In this document: positions 47,647-57,466 of the stretch, one piece after another
Layout of the letters: every line of letters begins with the position of its first letter
How positions within the stretch are numbered: position 1 is the stretch's first letter
Assembly: GCA_965649205.1 (NCBI GenBank)
Contig: CBFGJV010000011.1
Location: 15,455 to 79,454 of the forward strand
Length of the DNA: 64,000 nt
Source: a candidate division WOR-3 bacterium
Lineage (GTDB): Bacteria; Hydrothermota; Tepidihabitantia; Tepidihabitantales; Tepidihabitantaceae
Direction of reading: 5' to 3'
Program-made: the position numbers and the translations under genes
Notes under the pieces: model-generated
The model's database searches: none
The model's input: the letters and a program-made list of their open reading frames with translations, nothing else
Told to the model about the DNA's origin: nothing

Positions 47647-47675
47647 ATTATAGAAAGTGCATGTTGGAGTGTCAA
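47647..47675 (-). promoter_or_regulatory. Perfect consensus sigma70 promoter
   Basis: TTGACA-N17-TATAAT. Confidence 0.85.
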
Positions 47676-47807
47676 TCCGCTCCGAAACGAACGAAAACAG
47701 GCAACCATCTGTCACAAGGAATGATAGTTGTGTCTGTATTCCTGTCAACCTAATTTCGTGGAGAAGAACAACTTGACTTAACTAAGTTCTGGTCCGATGA
47801 TAGGGAG

Positions 47808-48281
47808 GTGAGAATAGCACTCATTGCTGCTTGTTGTGTTTTATCTGCAGGTACAGGGGGTGGATGCAGACCACAGGTCAAACCCATAGAAGTGGATTTC
47901 CGCCGGTTGAAGTTGGAGCAGGTGAGTCAGGGGGTATTGGAGCTGGAGCTTTACAATCCTAACAGATTCAGGCTGGCTGCGGAGAGCCTGCGTTATTTTC
48001 TTGTGTGCGGCGAAGATACGTTGGCTCAGGGTGTAAAACCGCAGGGAGTAAGTATGGCGGCACTGGATAGTATTGTAGCCGAGTTTCCTTTTGAGCTACG
48101 TTATGACATCTGGGCTCTGGTGTTGCGTCTGCCGGCCATACTTGCGGATACGGTATGGTTGCAGCTGGAGGGTAGGTATGTTGTCTCCTGGCCCGGAGGA
48201 AGCGGACGGTTTAGCTATGCTCGTTACATCTTTTTGGCAGAAGAACTGAACAGGCTGAGGAATCTGTTTGGCGGAGACTAA
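47808..48281 (+). CDS. LEA type 2 (LEA14-like) lipoprotein
   Basis: GGC, L.LYNPN...L....Y pattern. Confidence 0.65.
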   Translation: MRIALIAACCVLSAGTGGGCRPQVKPIEVDFRRLKLEQVSQGVLELELYNPNRFRLAAESLRYFLVCGEDTLAQGVKPQGVSMAALDSIVAEFPFELRYDIWALVLRLPAILADTVWLQLEGRYVVSWPGGSGRFSYARYIFLAEELNRLRNLFGGD

Positions 48282-49042
48282 CCGCAGAGCACAGCCCCGC
48301 CGTTGACGTTGAGAATTTCGCCGGTGATGAAGGTGGAAAGGTTAGAGGCAAGGAAGATTACGGCAGAGGCGAATTCCTCAGGACGACCCACCCTACTCAA
48401 GGGAATAGTGGCGAGCACCTGTTTGCGCAGAGCCGGGTCAGATAGGGTGGGGCGAGACATATCCGTGTCAAACCAGCCCGGGGCGATACAGTTCACTAGG
48501 ATGCCGTAGGGAGCGAGTTCGACGGCGAGCGATTTGGTCAGACTGATGATAGCGCCTTTGGACGCGGCATAATGGGAATGGAAAGCTTCTCCTCGCTGAC
48601 CTGCAGTGGAAGAGACTAGGATGATGCGGCCCGCTTGGGCCCGGCGCAGAAGCGGAACGGCTTCGCGGCAGCAGACAAATACGCCCCGCACATTGACATC
48701 CAGCATCTCGGCCAACTGCTTGTCTGTCATCCGCTCTATACCTGCCGTTTTCCAGATGCCGGCGTTGGCTACCAGTATGTCCAGCCGGCCTAACTCGTTG
48801 GTTATTTGTTTGAACATACGCTTTATCTGACCCGAGTCGGCCATATCAGCCTGCAAAGGAAGAGCGCGTACGCCTGCGGTTTCGCACTCGGCGCAGGTTT
48901 TTACCGCTTCCTTTCTTCTTCGGTGGTAATGGACGATGAGGTCAGCTCCAGCTCGGGCCAGAAGCAGACAGGCGGCTCTGCCCAGTCCGCGGCTCCCGCC
49001 GGTCACCAGCGCTACTTTACCGCTAAGGTCAAGGGAGAGCAT
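48278..49042 (-). CDS. SDR oxidoreductase (FabG-like)
   Basis: TGGSRGLG, NAG, YAASK, NCIAPG. Confidence 0.92.
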   Translation of the reverse strand: MLSLDLSGKVALVTGGSRGLGRAACLLLARAGADLIVHYHRRRKEAVKTCAECETAGVRALPLQADMADSGQIKRMFKQITNELGRLDILVANAGIWKTAGIERMTDKQLAEMLDVNVRGVFVCCREAVPLLRRAQAGRIILVSSTAGQRGEAFHSHYAASKGAIISLTKSLAVELAPYGILVNCIAPGWFDTDMSRPTLSDPALRKQVLATIPLSRVGRPEEFASAVIFLASNLSTFITGEILNVNGGAVLCG

Positions 49043-50174
49043 CCTGGAGACCCTGAAGGAATGTTTCCACCTCTTCTTCGGTGTTGTAGAAGTGAGGAGA
49101 GATGCGGAGCATATTCTGCCGCAGGGAGCAGTATAGTCCGGCCTGGGTGAGTTTCTGCCACAGGGCCGCCATATCTACGCCCGGTTTGTGGCAGGAGATA
49201 ATACCGGCTGAGTGCTCGGAGTCCGCGGGCGTGACTATTTCAAATTCTGCCCGTTGTAGTCCGGAGCGGAGTTGTGCGGTCAGCATGTTGATTCTTGCCT
49301 GTATGTCCTTTAGGTCGAACCGAAGGAGTATCTTTACGCATTCGCCCAATCCCAGTATGGCAGGCCAGTTTTTGGAACCTTCTTCGTAACGTCTGGCATC
49401 GGGCAGCATAGGCTGGAGGGTAAAGAAGTCATTTACCTGGTCCCAGCGTACCGATAGCCAGCCCATGTTACACGGCTGGAGGGAGCAGAGTAGTTCAGGA
49501 CGGATGTACATGAAACCGGAGCCGATGGGTGCAAACATCCATTTTGCCCCATGTGAACAGACAAAGTCCACTCCTGCCTGGTGAAAATCCATGTCCACAG
49601 CTCCCAGTCCCTGCATCGCATCAATGATGAAGTAGATTCCACGTTCACGACAAAACCGGCTGATGGTGCAGATATCGACCCGTACACCGGTAACGAAGTT
49701 GACCCAGGAAAGGGCTACGCAGCGGGTATTTGCGTCGACCAGGCGGAAAACCGCTTCCGGGCCCTGAGCCAGTTCCTGGCTGGTAACCCAGCGTTTTTCA
49801 ATCTGCGGCAACAGGAAGCGGAAGGGATATGTCACAGACGGAAAATCATCTTGCATGAGTATCACGTTGTCTGTGGGTTCCCACTTGATGCTGCCGATGG
49901 CAATGTTTATGCCGGCGGTAGAGTTCTTGGTGAAAGCTATGCCCTCTACAGGTACGCGCATCAGCCGGGCCAGGTTCTGGCGGCACTCTTCTGCCAGAGA
50001 CTCAAAATTGGGGGTGGGAATGCGGCCAAGCTGGAAGGTGAAACTTTCTAGGAAGCTGGTAGCCAACTTGAGCGCTGGCAGAGGCAGAGGGCCGACGGCT
50101 GCATGGTCAAAGTAAACGCAACCGGAAAGCGCCGGCATCAGCTTGCGGACTTCTTCTATGTCTTTACGGTTCAT
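49029..50174 (-). CDS. Class V PLP-dependent aminotransferase
   Basis: YFDHAA, DAMQ.LG, GAKW, RISPHFYN. Confidence 0.9.
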   Translation of the reverse strand: MNRKDIEEVRKLMPALSGCVYFDHAAVGPLPLPALKLATSFLESFTFQLGRIPTPNFESLAEECRQNLARLMRVPVEGIAFTKNSTAGINIAIGSIKWEPTDNVILMQDDFPSVTYPFRFLLPQIEKRWVTSQELAQGPEAVFRLVDANTRCVALSWVNFVTGVRVDICTISRFCRERGIYFIIDAMQGLGAVDMDFHQAGVDFVCSHGAKWMFAPIGSGFMYIRPELLCSLQPCNMGWLSVRWDQVNDFFTLQPMLPDARRYEEGSKNWPAILGLGECVKILLRFDLKDIQARINMLTAQLRSGLQRAEFEIVTPADSEHSAGIISCHKPGVDMAALWQKLTQAGLYCSLRQNMLRISPHFYNTEEEVETFLQGLQDALP

Positions 50175-50218
50175 AGGCGGCCATTATGCCCGGTCTGGAA
50201 GCGAATGCAAGTCTTGCC

Positions 50219-52237
50219 TCAGTTTGAGTTCTGCACTATCAGTTTCTGGGTGCTGGTTATGTTTCCGACATCAAGCCGGACAAGATAGATGCCGTCTGGT
50301 AGACCATACAACTCCAAGGGCACGGTCAGGTTGCATTTGTCCGTGGTCAGGCCATAGGAGCGAATGCAGCGGCCGGTAGCATCATAAAGGCGAAGCTGGA
50401 ATGGACCGGGCCGAGTGAGACCTATTTTAGCCTGGGCTTTGTTGCGGGCAGGGTTAGGCCGCAGCGGAAACAGCGTGGCGCGGCCCACCTCGGCTTCGGG
50501 CATTATCTGGTTTTCAATGCCAGTGGTGATATTGTGTTTTTCCAGTATCCACCTGCCCGGGTTGAACTCAAAACCGGTGGGTTGATCAGGTAAAAGGAAC
50601 GTGTCGCGCTGGGGATTTGTCCTGATATTCCAGTGCAGCAGCGTATCAGTTCCGTCGGCGAGTGTTACCCGCGCTTCGAGGGGGATATGGAAACATACGG
50701 GTGCCTGATTGCCGTTGGACTGGGCTACGTCCACTATCAGCTGCCAGCCTTCTGCAGTCTGGCGGCGGAACCAGTTGATGTTATAGTACGGAAATCCGGC
50801 CATATACACCCATTCATCATAGAACCAGTCCAGTTCCAAGCCGCTAACCCTTTCCTGAATCCGTTTGCGGTCTTCAGTAGTGGAGTTACCGTAGGCAAAG
50901 CTGTCCAGCCACTCCCTTTCGGCCTGGAACCAGATGCCGGGCTGCTCAAAGACGGTATCGCCCATCACATATCGGGCCATATGGTTTACCCAGGCGCTCT
51001 TGCAGTAGGTATGACCCCAGTCAAACAGCCGGGACATACCCGGGTTGTAGATGGGGTGGCGGTCTCTGGCGTCGGCGGTAAAGAAGTCCTGCCGGTACTC
51101 TTCCATAGCGTTGAGGAAAGCCTGACGGCCATAACGATGATAATGCCAGAGCGGATCTAAGTAACTTGCCCCGCCTTCGTTGAGCCAGATTTCGGCCCAG
51201 ATGAAGCAGGTGATGCAGTCGCCATACCACATATGGGCCAGTTCGTGCGCGATACCGGATTCGTCTGCGTTGGTTATCCAGCTGCGATGAATCGTGGTCA
51301 TAGTCTGGTGTTCCATTCCGCCAGCTCCAAACGGGTACACCGCTACCTGTCCGTACTTTTCGGCCAGGAAGGGGTACTCGCCAAAGCGATTGGAGTCGGA
51401 GTAAAAGGCAATCATATCCGGTACGTTGGCGAAAGCGGTCATTGCTCGGATAGAATCTTCAGGCCATACCCAGTGCCGAATGAGCATCGAGTCGCCTGAG
51501 CGAGACCGGTACCACTGAGTTATTTCCTTGAAGATGCTGACAGCAAAATTGATGAGATAGGTGGGTATCGGATAGCGATGAGTCCACCAGAAGGTTTTCG
51601 TGCGCGCAGGACCGGAAGTTACGCTGTCCAGCATACCGTTGGCGCAGGCCCGGAACGAGTCGGGCACAGTGATGTTCACTTGGCAACCCCGTTCTGCTTT
51701 GTCCCAAGGATGGTCCCAGCAGGGAAACCAGTAGCGGGCGTCTTCAGGCTGGGTCAGGGTGTAGCATACAGAATGGTTGCGGCCGGAGCCGGAACCCTGC
51801 AGATAATAGTAGAAGCCTCTGTTGGTAGTAGTAGAAAGACGGCGGTAGTATATATCCAGATATACCGATTCGCCCAGAGCCAGGGGCGGGGCGAGATAAA
51901 CAATAAGACTACTTGTGGTAGTGCGGAAGTTCTGCGTTTGGCCAGTCCGGCGGACCGAGTCGCAGACCAGGCGGCCGAAGTCGAAAACTACACTGTCCAG
52001 CAGGGGCAGTTGGCTGACCAGCCAGATGCCGCAGCGGGCGCTCATTGCGCCTGAAGTCATCGGCAAATTCAAGTCTATTCGGTAGAAACGGACGTCATAG
52101 GTGTGGCTAGACTCTGCCGCAACCCGGGCAGGTTCGCAAAGCGGCATTAGCCATTTGGTTTCGTAGCGTTCCGGTCCCGGAACATAAGCTAGGCAGATAC
52201 TCGCCAGCACAAGCGACCACGACAGTGTTGTTATCAT
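50219..52237 (-). CDS. Secreted M1 aminopeptidase with T9SS-like C-terminal domain
   Basis: ARYWFPC, GGMEH, HELAH.W.G..WLNEG; C-term PNP..YD.TGR..GIYLV..KLIV. Confidence 0.92.
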   Translation of the reverse strand: MITTLSWSLVLASICLAYVPGPERYETKWLMPLCEPARVAAESSHTYDVRFYRIDLNLPMTSGAMSARCGIWLVSQLPLLDSVVFDFGRLVCDSVRRTGQTQNFRTTTSSLIVYLAPPLALGESVYLDIYYRRLSTTTNRGFYYYLQGSGSGRNHSVCYTLTQPEDARYWFPCWDHPWDKAERGCQVNITVPDSFRACANGMLDSVTSGPARTKTFWWTHRYPIPTYLINFAVSIFKEITQWYRSRSGDSMLIRHWVWPEDSIRAMTAFANVPDMIAFYSDSNRFGEYPFLAEKYGQVAVYPFGAGGMEHQTMTTIHRSWITNADESGIAHELAHMWYGDCITCFIWAEIWLNEGGASYLDPLWHYHRYGRQAFLNAMEEYRQDFFTADARDRHPIYNPGMSRLFDWGHTYCKSAWVNHMARYVMGDTVFEQPGIWFQAEREWLDSFAYGNSTTEDRKRIQERVSGLELDWFYDEWVYMAGFPYYNINWFRRQTAEGWQLIVDVAQSNGNQAPVCFHIPLEARVTLADGTDTLLHWNIRTNPQRDTFLLPDQPTGFEFNPGRWILEKHNITTGIENQIMPEAEVGRATLFPLRPNPARNKAQAKIGLTRPGPFQLRLYDATGRCIRSYGLTTDKCNLTVPLELYGLPDGIYLVRLDVGNITSTQKLIVQNSN

Positions 52238-52399
52238 AAAAGCTCCTTTGTCACCAAATTCTACACATATTAGGGATGAATGCCATCAGTTGACACTCAG
52301 TACGATCAGTTCATACTGTAAGTAAAAAAGAGCCGGTTTTGGCTGCCGATGGTAGTCGGCCGCGAGCCGGTAGAAACAAAAACTGACAGGAGGTCAGAA

Positions 52400-52849
52400 A
52401 TGCTGAAGGAGTTCAAGGAGTTTGTTCTCCGGGGCAATGTGATGGATATGGCCGTGGGCATTATCATCGGTGCGGCGTTTGGCACCATCGTCAAATCGCT
52501 TGTGGAAGACGTTCTTATGCCGCCAATTGGCTTACTTCTAGGCAAGGTGGACTTTTCCAATCTGTACATACTGCTCAAAGAAGGCGCTACACCCGGGCCG
52601 TATGCGGCGCTCGCTGATGCCAGAGCTGCGGGCGCAGTGACGCTGAACCTGGGGCTTTTCATTAATACCATCATCAGCTTCGTCATTATTGCCTTCTGCG
52701 TGTTTCTTCTGGTGAAGGGTATGAACCGGCTGCGGCGTCAGCCGGTGCCAGTGCCGGCAAATACCAAGGAATGTCCTCACTGCGCCATGGTCATTCCTCT
52801 GGCGGCCAGACGTTGCCCGCATTGCACCTCGCAGCTGGGACAGGATTAG
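52400..52849 (+). CDS. mscL: Large-conductance mechanosensitive channel with C-terminal zinc ribbon
   Basis: [21 protein letters not shown]; tail CPHC..CPHC; AGGAGG SD. Confidence 0.95.
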   Translation: MLKEFKEFVLRGNVMDMAVGIIIGAAFGTIVKSLVEDVLMPPIGLLLGKVDFSNLYILLKEGATPGPYAALADARAAGAVTLNLGLFINTIISFVIIAFCVFLLVKGMNRLRRQPVPVPANTKECPHCAMVIPLAARRCPHCTSQLGQD

Positions 52850-52918
52850 AAACCGGTCAGACCAAACGGTAGCTGCTGGGAATCGCTGCCTCTGTGTATT
52901 CGTAGCAGGGGTCTCTCC

Positions 52919-54103
52919 TTACGACTGACAGCGTTCCAGCAGTTCCGTGAGGAATAATCTTCCTGCTTCTTCCAGGTCGCCGCTCAAAAGGAAAGTTGCA
53001 CTTCTTACCCGTATACCGCGAGCATCCACATTCAGCGGGCGTTGGAGCTTGGCAGGATAAACCAGCACTGCCTCCTGACATCCTTTCAGCGCTGCGTATG
53101 TGTGAACCTGAGCGAAGTCAGCGCTATCTGGCTGTTCAGGGTACTTGTATTTTGTATCCAGTATGAATTTTATTGTGCCGGTCTTTGCGTCCCGCAGCAC
53201 AATGTCTGCCTGCATTTCGGTCCACCCTGGGGCGATGGGCACGGGGTACTTTTCTTCCAGTTCTAGCTCTGCAGGTAGGTGGGCGCGCAGCCACTCGGTT
53301 ACGAATGTTTGAAACAGGTTGTGCATACTTACGAGAAACGGCAGTATCTTGTGTTCGCCAGTTTCTATATGCGGGCCGCTATGCTCCAGAAAAAAACGGC
53401 AGAGCGCGTGCAGCGGTTGATAGTCTTCGTTCAGGCGATTGTATAGTCGGCCAAGGCAGTCTTTGGCTTTCAGCGGAACAAGGCTAGTCACACCTTGCAG
53501 GCGGTGAAAGGCCTGACGTACAACCGGTAGAACCCGCTCGGTACACAGCCCGCTGCGGGCGATGCACAGAAGCGTCCAAGTAAGAAGCTGATTCTCCTCA
53601 GTGTCAGTGGTGTGCTCGTGATAATGACAGTGCAGCTGAGCGTCCCAGGGTCTGCGGGCAAGATACGGTATATCCAGGCGGCCCCGGATGACGGACAGCC
53701 GGCCTGATTCTGGTTCGTAGGTGCGGTAAAATCCCCGCCTGCTTCTGTCCAGAACCCGGCGCGCCAGAATATTTGCGAGTCGTTCGTAGAACTCGGTCAG
53801 AGACGCACGATCGGTCAAACCAGAAATGAACTCAATTCCCTTGAGCCGATAGGCATATTCGAGCATGCGGAACAGATTACCCAGCGGCACTTTCGGTTTC
53901 AGGACGATGTGCAGTTCCTGGCTCAACGGTATCGTCCCTACCCAGCCCTGGGAAGTGAGTTGCCATTGTCCTTCGGTTCTGGGCGAAGGGAATTCAACAT
54001 TTACCCTTTGCCCATAATGTCTGAACAGACTTTCTCCCAGCTTCTCATCCAGCGCTTCTCTGGGAAGGCGAACTGGTTCGTACTCCGAAAGTTCAATCCT
54101 CAT
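52919..54103 (-). CDS. mcrC: McrC family nuclease subunit
   Basis: WVG.I, PKV..NL..ML.YA, RGRL, D..EN, ADI..LDTKYK, D..Q..Y. Confidence 0.9.
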   Translation of the reverse strand: MRIELSEYEPVRLPREALDEKLGESLFRHYGQRVNVEFPSPRTEGQWQLTSQGWVGTIPLSQELHIVLKPKVPLGNLFRMLEYAYRLKGIEFISGLTDRASLTEFYERLANILARRVLDRSRRGFYRTYEPESGRLSVIRGRLDIPYLARRPWDAQLHCHYHEHTTDTEENQLLTWTLLCIARSGLCTERVLPVVRQAFHRLQGVTSLVPLKAKDCLGRLYNRLNEDYQPLHALCRFFLEHSGPHIETGEHKILPFLVSMHNLFQTFVTEWLRAHLPAELELEEKYPVPIAPGWTEMQADIVLRDAKTGTIKFILDTKYKYPEQPDSADFAQVHTYAALKGCQEAVLVYPAKLQRPLNVDARGIRVRSATFLLSGDLEEAGRLFLTELLERCQS

Positions 54104-56785
54104 TTAGCCGCGGGATATGCGTTCTTTCACTCTTTCCCAGCTAAACGCCTCGGCTTTTTCCGATCGGTCGAAGAAGTACTCATCCAGGTATGGCTGGATT
54201 TCGGTGCGCCAGATATTTTCCAGTTGCGAGGATAGATCCTTGGTCAGGAAGAAGGAGATTCCCACATGGTAGTGTTTATCGCCAATAGTATTGTTTAGTT
54301 CCTTTAGCACCTCAATCAGTCGCTGGACAGGGAAACCGGTTTGCGCGTGATGGCGTTCCAGAATCTCATACTGCGGATAGAGCGGAAGGAAGGCAAACCT
54401 GCGGCGCAGGGCATGGTCAACCAGAGCAATGGAGCGGTCGGCAGTATTCATCGTGCCGATGATACGTACGTTCGCCGGTATCTTGAGTCCGCCGCCCCCT
54501 GCCATAGGTATTTCCTCTTCCCGATACTCAAGTAGATACATAAGCTCACCGAACACACGCGCCAGGTTCGCCCGGTTGATTTCGTCAATTATCAGAACAC
54601 ATTTCCCTTTGGCCATCTGCGCCTTTTGGCAGAAATTCAGGAATCTGCCGGGTACGACCGGGTAGTGCAAACCGCCGTCGGCTTTCGACTCCGGCCGGAT
54701 GCCCTGGATGAAATCCTCGTATGCGTAGGCGGGATGGAATTGGACAAGCTCGACAAAGCCGTCGTCGTCGCCGACCAAGAGTTTTGCCAGCCGCTTGGCA
54801 ACGAAGGTCTTGCCAGTTCCCGGCGGCCCGTATAGAATCGCCTGCCCTTTGCGCTCAATAGCTTGCAACCAGTTCTCCAGTTGTGCCTCAGAGATACCCG
54901 TATCTCCGGTAAAGTCGGCACGGGTATATGGCGGTTGTTCCGGGGACTCCCTTTCAGAGTCCTCTGCGCCAAGATAAGCCCGGATAGCAGGCCAGGGGTT
55001 TTCTGGGCCGGCAAGCAGGGCCAGAGGGAAAAGTTGCACAAATGACTGCGCTATGCGTGTGCGCAACTTTTTGGCCGGCAAATCTGACGCTTCGTGGGCG
55101 GGAATGAGCTGAAAGACATTGAAGTTGTAATTATCAGGCTCAGCCAGCCAGCGGGCGATATCGGCCGGTTGATTGTCGCCTTGGAGATAGTCGCCCCAAT
55201 CATAATGGTTCAGAATGTTGGCAAGCTCTTTTCCACAGGTACGGCAGTTCTGGGTAAGACGTTGCTGCACCTCGGGCGCATAATCTGTGACAGCAAATCC
55301 GAACTCAATACTTTCCTTTTTCACGGTGACGTAGAGTTGAGCGTCTCCGATTCGGCGACTGCCCTTTGGATAGAATGCGCCCCAGAGGTAATCCCACGTC
55401 CCGCCCTTGCCAAAGTCGTTCTTCGGTATCTTGGCCAAGATGCCTTTCTCGGTTTCCACATAATCTTTAATGGCCTTGGGCAATTCTTTTGCTACGTCAG
55501 CCAGCAAACGACGCAAAGGTTCTTGCAGGTGGTCTTCGAATTCCTGGTGGTGTTCGTTGTAAAACATTGTTGTCGGGTTTGCGTGCAGCTGGCTAAGCAG
55601 CTCAAAGGTGCGTTCGGTGAAGTACGGCCGGGCGCGTGGCGATTCCTTTGCTTCTGGCGGCTGGATACCGTCGGGAACTCTTGGCGCTGAGGCGATTTCA
55701 TTGAATTCTTTTTTGCTAAGTTCGATCAGCGTCCCACGCCACCCGGACTGGTTTACCGTTCTCGGTGTTGTGTCGTTCCACTCCACTGGCAGACGGTGGC
55801 CGTGACGAACCCCCGGTACGAAGTAGTATGAGCCTGTGACAGTACCGAGACCTAACACTTGAGTCGTACCCTTGTTGGCGACTATTCGGTCGCCAGGCCG
55901 GATGCGGAGAAACTTCTGCACTTGCGTCAGTCCACCTGTTGTCCAATCGGGCTTCCGGGCTGAGATTTCCTCGTACCTTTGCTCTAATTCTTCTTCTGAT
56001 AGGTCAGTCAGGTCGCCAAGGTCATCCCAGCCGATTGCAATAAAGCCGCCTGTGCGGCACTCGTCCCAAAGCCAAGCGTTTTCGCCGGGTGCAATCTTCC
56101 AGTAGCGCGTTATGCTCTCGTCCTTGGTTACTGACGCACAGACCCAGATGAAGCTCTGAATGTCTATCATATCCTTGGCGCCGAAACGCTGCAAAAGGAT
56201 GAACAATTGCCCGGCTACCTGTTTGAACCAGACGTAGAACGGGGATGCCGGCTTCGCAGCATATTCCTTGTTCGCTCCGACAAAATTCATGAACCACGTA
56301 ACGATAGAAGGTTTGACAAATAGCTCTTCTTCCGGGAAGAGCAGAAACAGGTAATAGGTTGGAAATGTCCATTTGTTCGGAAGGCCGCGTTCCTTGCAGT
56401 AGGCTGAGAATCGGTCGAGCCGGACGTGTGCAGGACCTTCACCGTAGAGAAGGTCAAGTACAGCTGCACAGAAGGAAGGTTTATCCAGTGATTCCGTATG
56501 CAGGATGCTGAGGTCGCCGGCCGCAGGTGTTGATAGATGCAAGAGGTTAGTTGCCTGAGCTACTTTCCCGAGCCGACTGACTACCTCGTCGTAGTTTCCC
56601 TCGGCAATGAGCTTGCGCAGGTCAGTTTCGTCAAGAAGTTTTGAGGCTAGCTCCACCGCCTTGCGTTTGTAGATTATTTCTTTTTCCTGAAAGTGCTTGT
56701 GGTCGAAGCTGTTCCAGTCCGGGAAACGCTTGCGGACCAACACCAGCATCTCGTTGACTTGTTCGTTTGTCAGTTCCACTTTCAT
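54104..56785 (-). CDS. mcrB: McrB family AAA+ GTPase with a long multi-domain N-terminus
   Basis: GPPGTGKT, QFHP.Y.YEDF, IIDEINR, MNTADRS, ALRRRF; abuts mcrC. Confidence 0.92.
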   Translation of the reverse strand: MKVELTNEQVNEMLVLVRKRFPDWNSFDHKHFQEKEIIYKRKAVELASKLLDETDLRKLIAEGNYDEVVSRLGKVAQATNLLHLSTPAAGDLSILHTESLDKPSFCAAVLDLLYGEGPAHVRLDRFSAYCKERGLPNKWTFPTYYLFLLFPEEELFVKPSIVTWFMNFVGANKEYAAKPASPFYVWFKQVAGQLFILLQRFGAKDMIDIQSFIWVCASVTKDESITRYWKIAPGENAWLWDECRTGGFIAIGWDDLGDLTDLSEEELEQRYEEISARKPDWTTGGLTQVQKFLRIRPGDRIVANKGTTQVLGLGTVTGSYYFVPGVRHGHRLPVEWNDTTPRTVNQSGWRGTLIELSKKEFNEIASAPRVPDGIQPPEAKESPRARPYFTERTFELLSQLHANPTTMFYNEHHQEFEDHLQEPLRRLLADVAKELPKAIKDYVETEKGILAKIPKNDFGKGGTWDYLWGAFYPKGSRRIGDAQLYVTVKKESIEFGFAVTDYAPEVQQRLTQNCRTCGKELANILNHYDWGDYLQGDNQPADIARWLAEPDNYNFNVFQLIPAHEASDLPAKKLRTRIAQSFVQLFPLALLAGPENPWPAIRAYLGAEDSERESPEQPPYTRADFTGDTGISEAQLENWLQAIERKGQAILYGPPGTGKTFVAKRLAKLLVGDDDGFVELVQFHPAYAYEDFIQGIRPESKADGGLHYPVVPGRFLNFCQKAQMAKGKCVLIIDEINRANLARVFGELMYLLEYREEEIPMAGGGGLKIPANVRIIGTMNTADRSIALVDHALRRRFAFLPLYPQYEILERHHAQTGFPVQRLIEVLKELNNTIGDKHYHVGISFFLTKDLSSQLENIWRTEIQPYLDEYFFDRSEKAEAFSWERVKERISRG

Positions 56786-57466
56786 AGCACTACCTCCCTT
56801 ATGCAGGACGTTGGATTACGGTGCGGGTTGACTTGTCTCACACTAGGCAGAATAGCCGAACTGGCAATCCGGGTCAAGGTGAAAGCAAGTTAAGCAGTAT
56901 GTCTGAATGCAGACAGGATAAGTAACTTTACAACTTACTGTCGGTCAATTGGATAGAAAAAAACACCGACAGTTTGCAGCGGGAAGTGTAATTTAGTGAG
57001 ATTCTAACGGTCTGGAGTTGATGGAGATAAACCGGAAAAATGCATAGTGTGTAAAACTATATTGTAACTGTCTGAATATTTGCTGGTTATGTTTGTATAA
57101 CCGGTCTTGTAGCCTTAGTGGCGTGTGGAGGGGGGAACGGTTCCCCCAGTGGTTTGGTTGGCGGGCGAGTAGGGAATTTGAAGGTGGTTTGCGTGGGCAG
57201 GTTGCGATTCGAGCTATGCTGGGGGTTTCAGAGTCTAAAAATAGAGGAATGATGATCCCGGTTACGGCAGAATTTAGGTCGGTATTCTGGTATGCGGGCG
57301 TGAGGACGGGAGCGGGTGTGAATGCGGCTTCATAGTTGCCGCCTGTGGCAGCTCGGACGGAGGTTGAAAGGCGAGGTCACTCTGCTATGGCAAAGGCAAT
57401 ACCGCTCCTTGCGCTCCGACCCGGCCAGATGTTTGACCCGCAGGTAAGCTGAATCTATACTGAATT

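Noticed and set aside
49029..50174. Cysteine desulfurase (SufS/IscS) call
   Set aside because: No RxGHHC or SSGSAC catalytic loop; only class V PLP family is supportable
57335..57425. Structured RNA (Y-RNA/tRNA-like) upstream of rtcB
   Set aside because: Only imperfect GC stems, no T-arm consensus, and no rsr gene nearby
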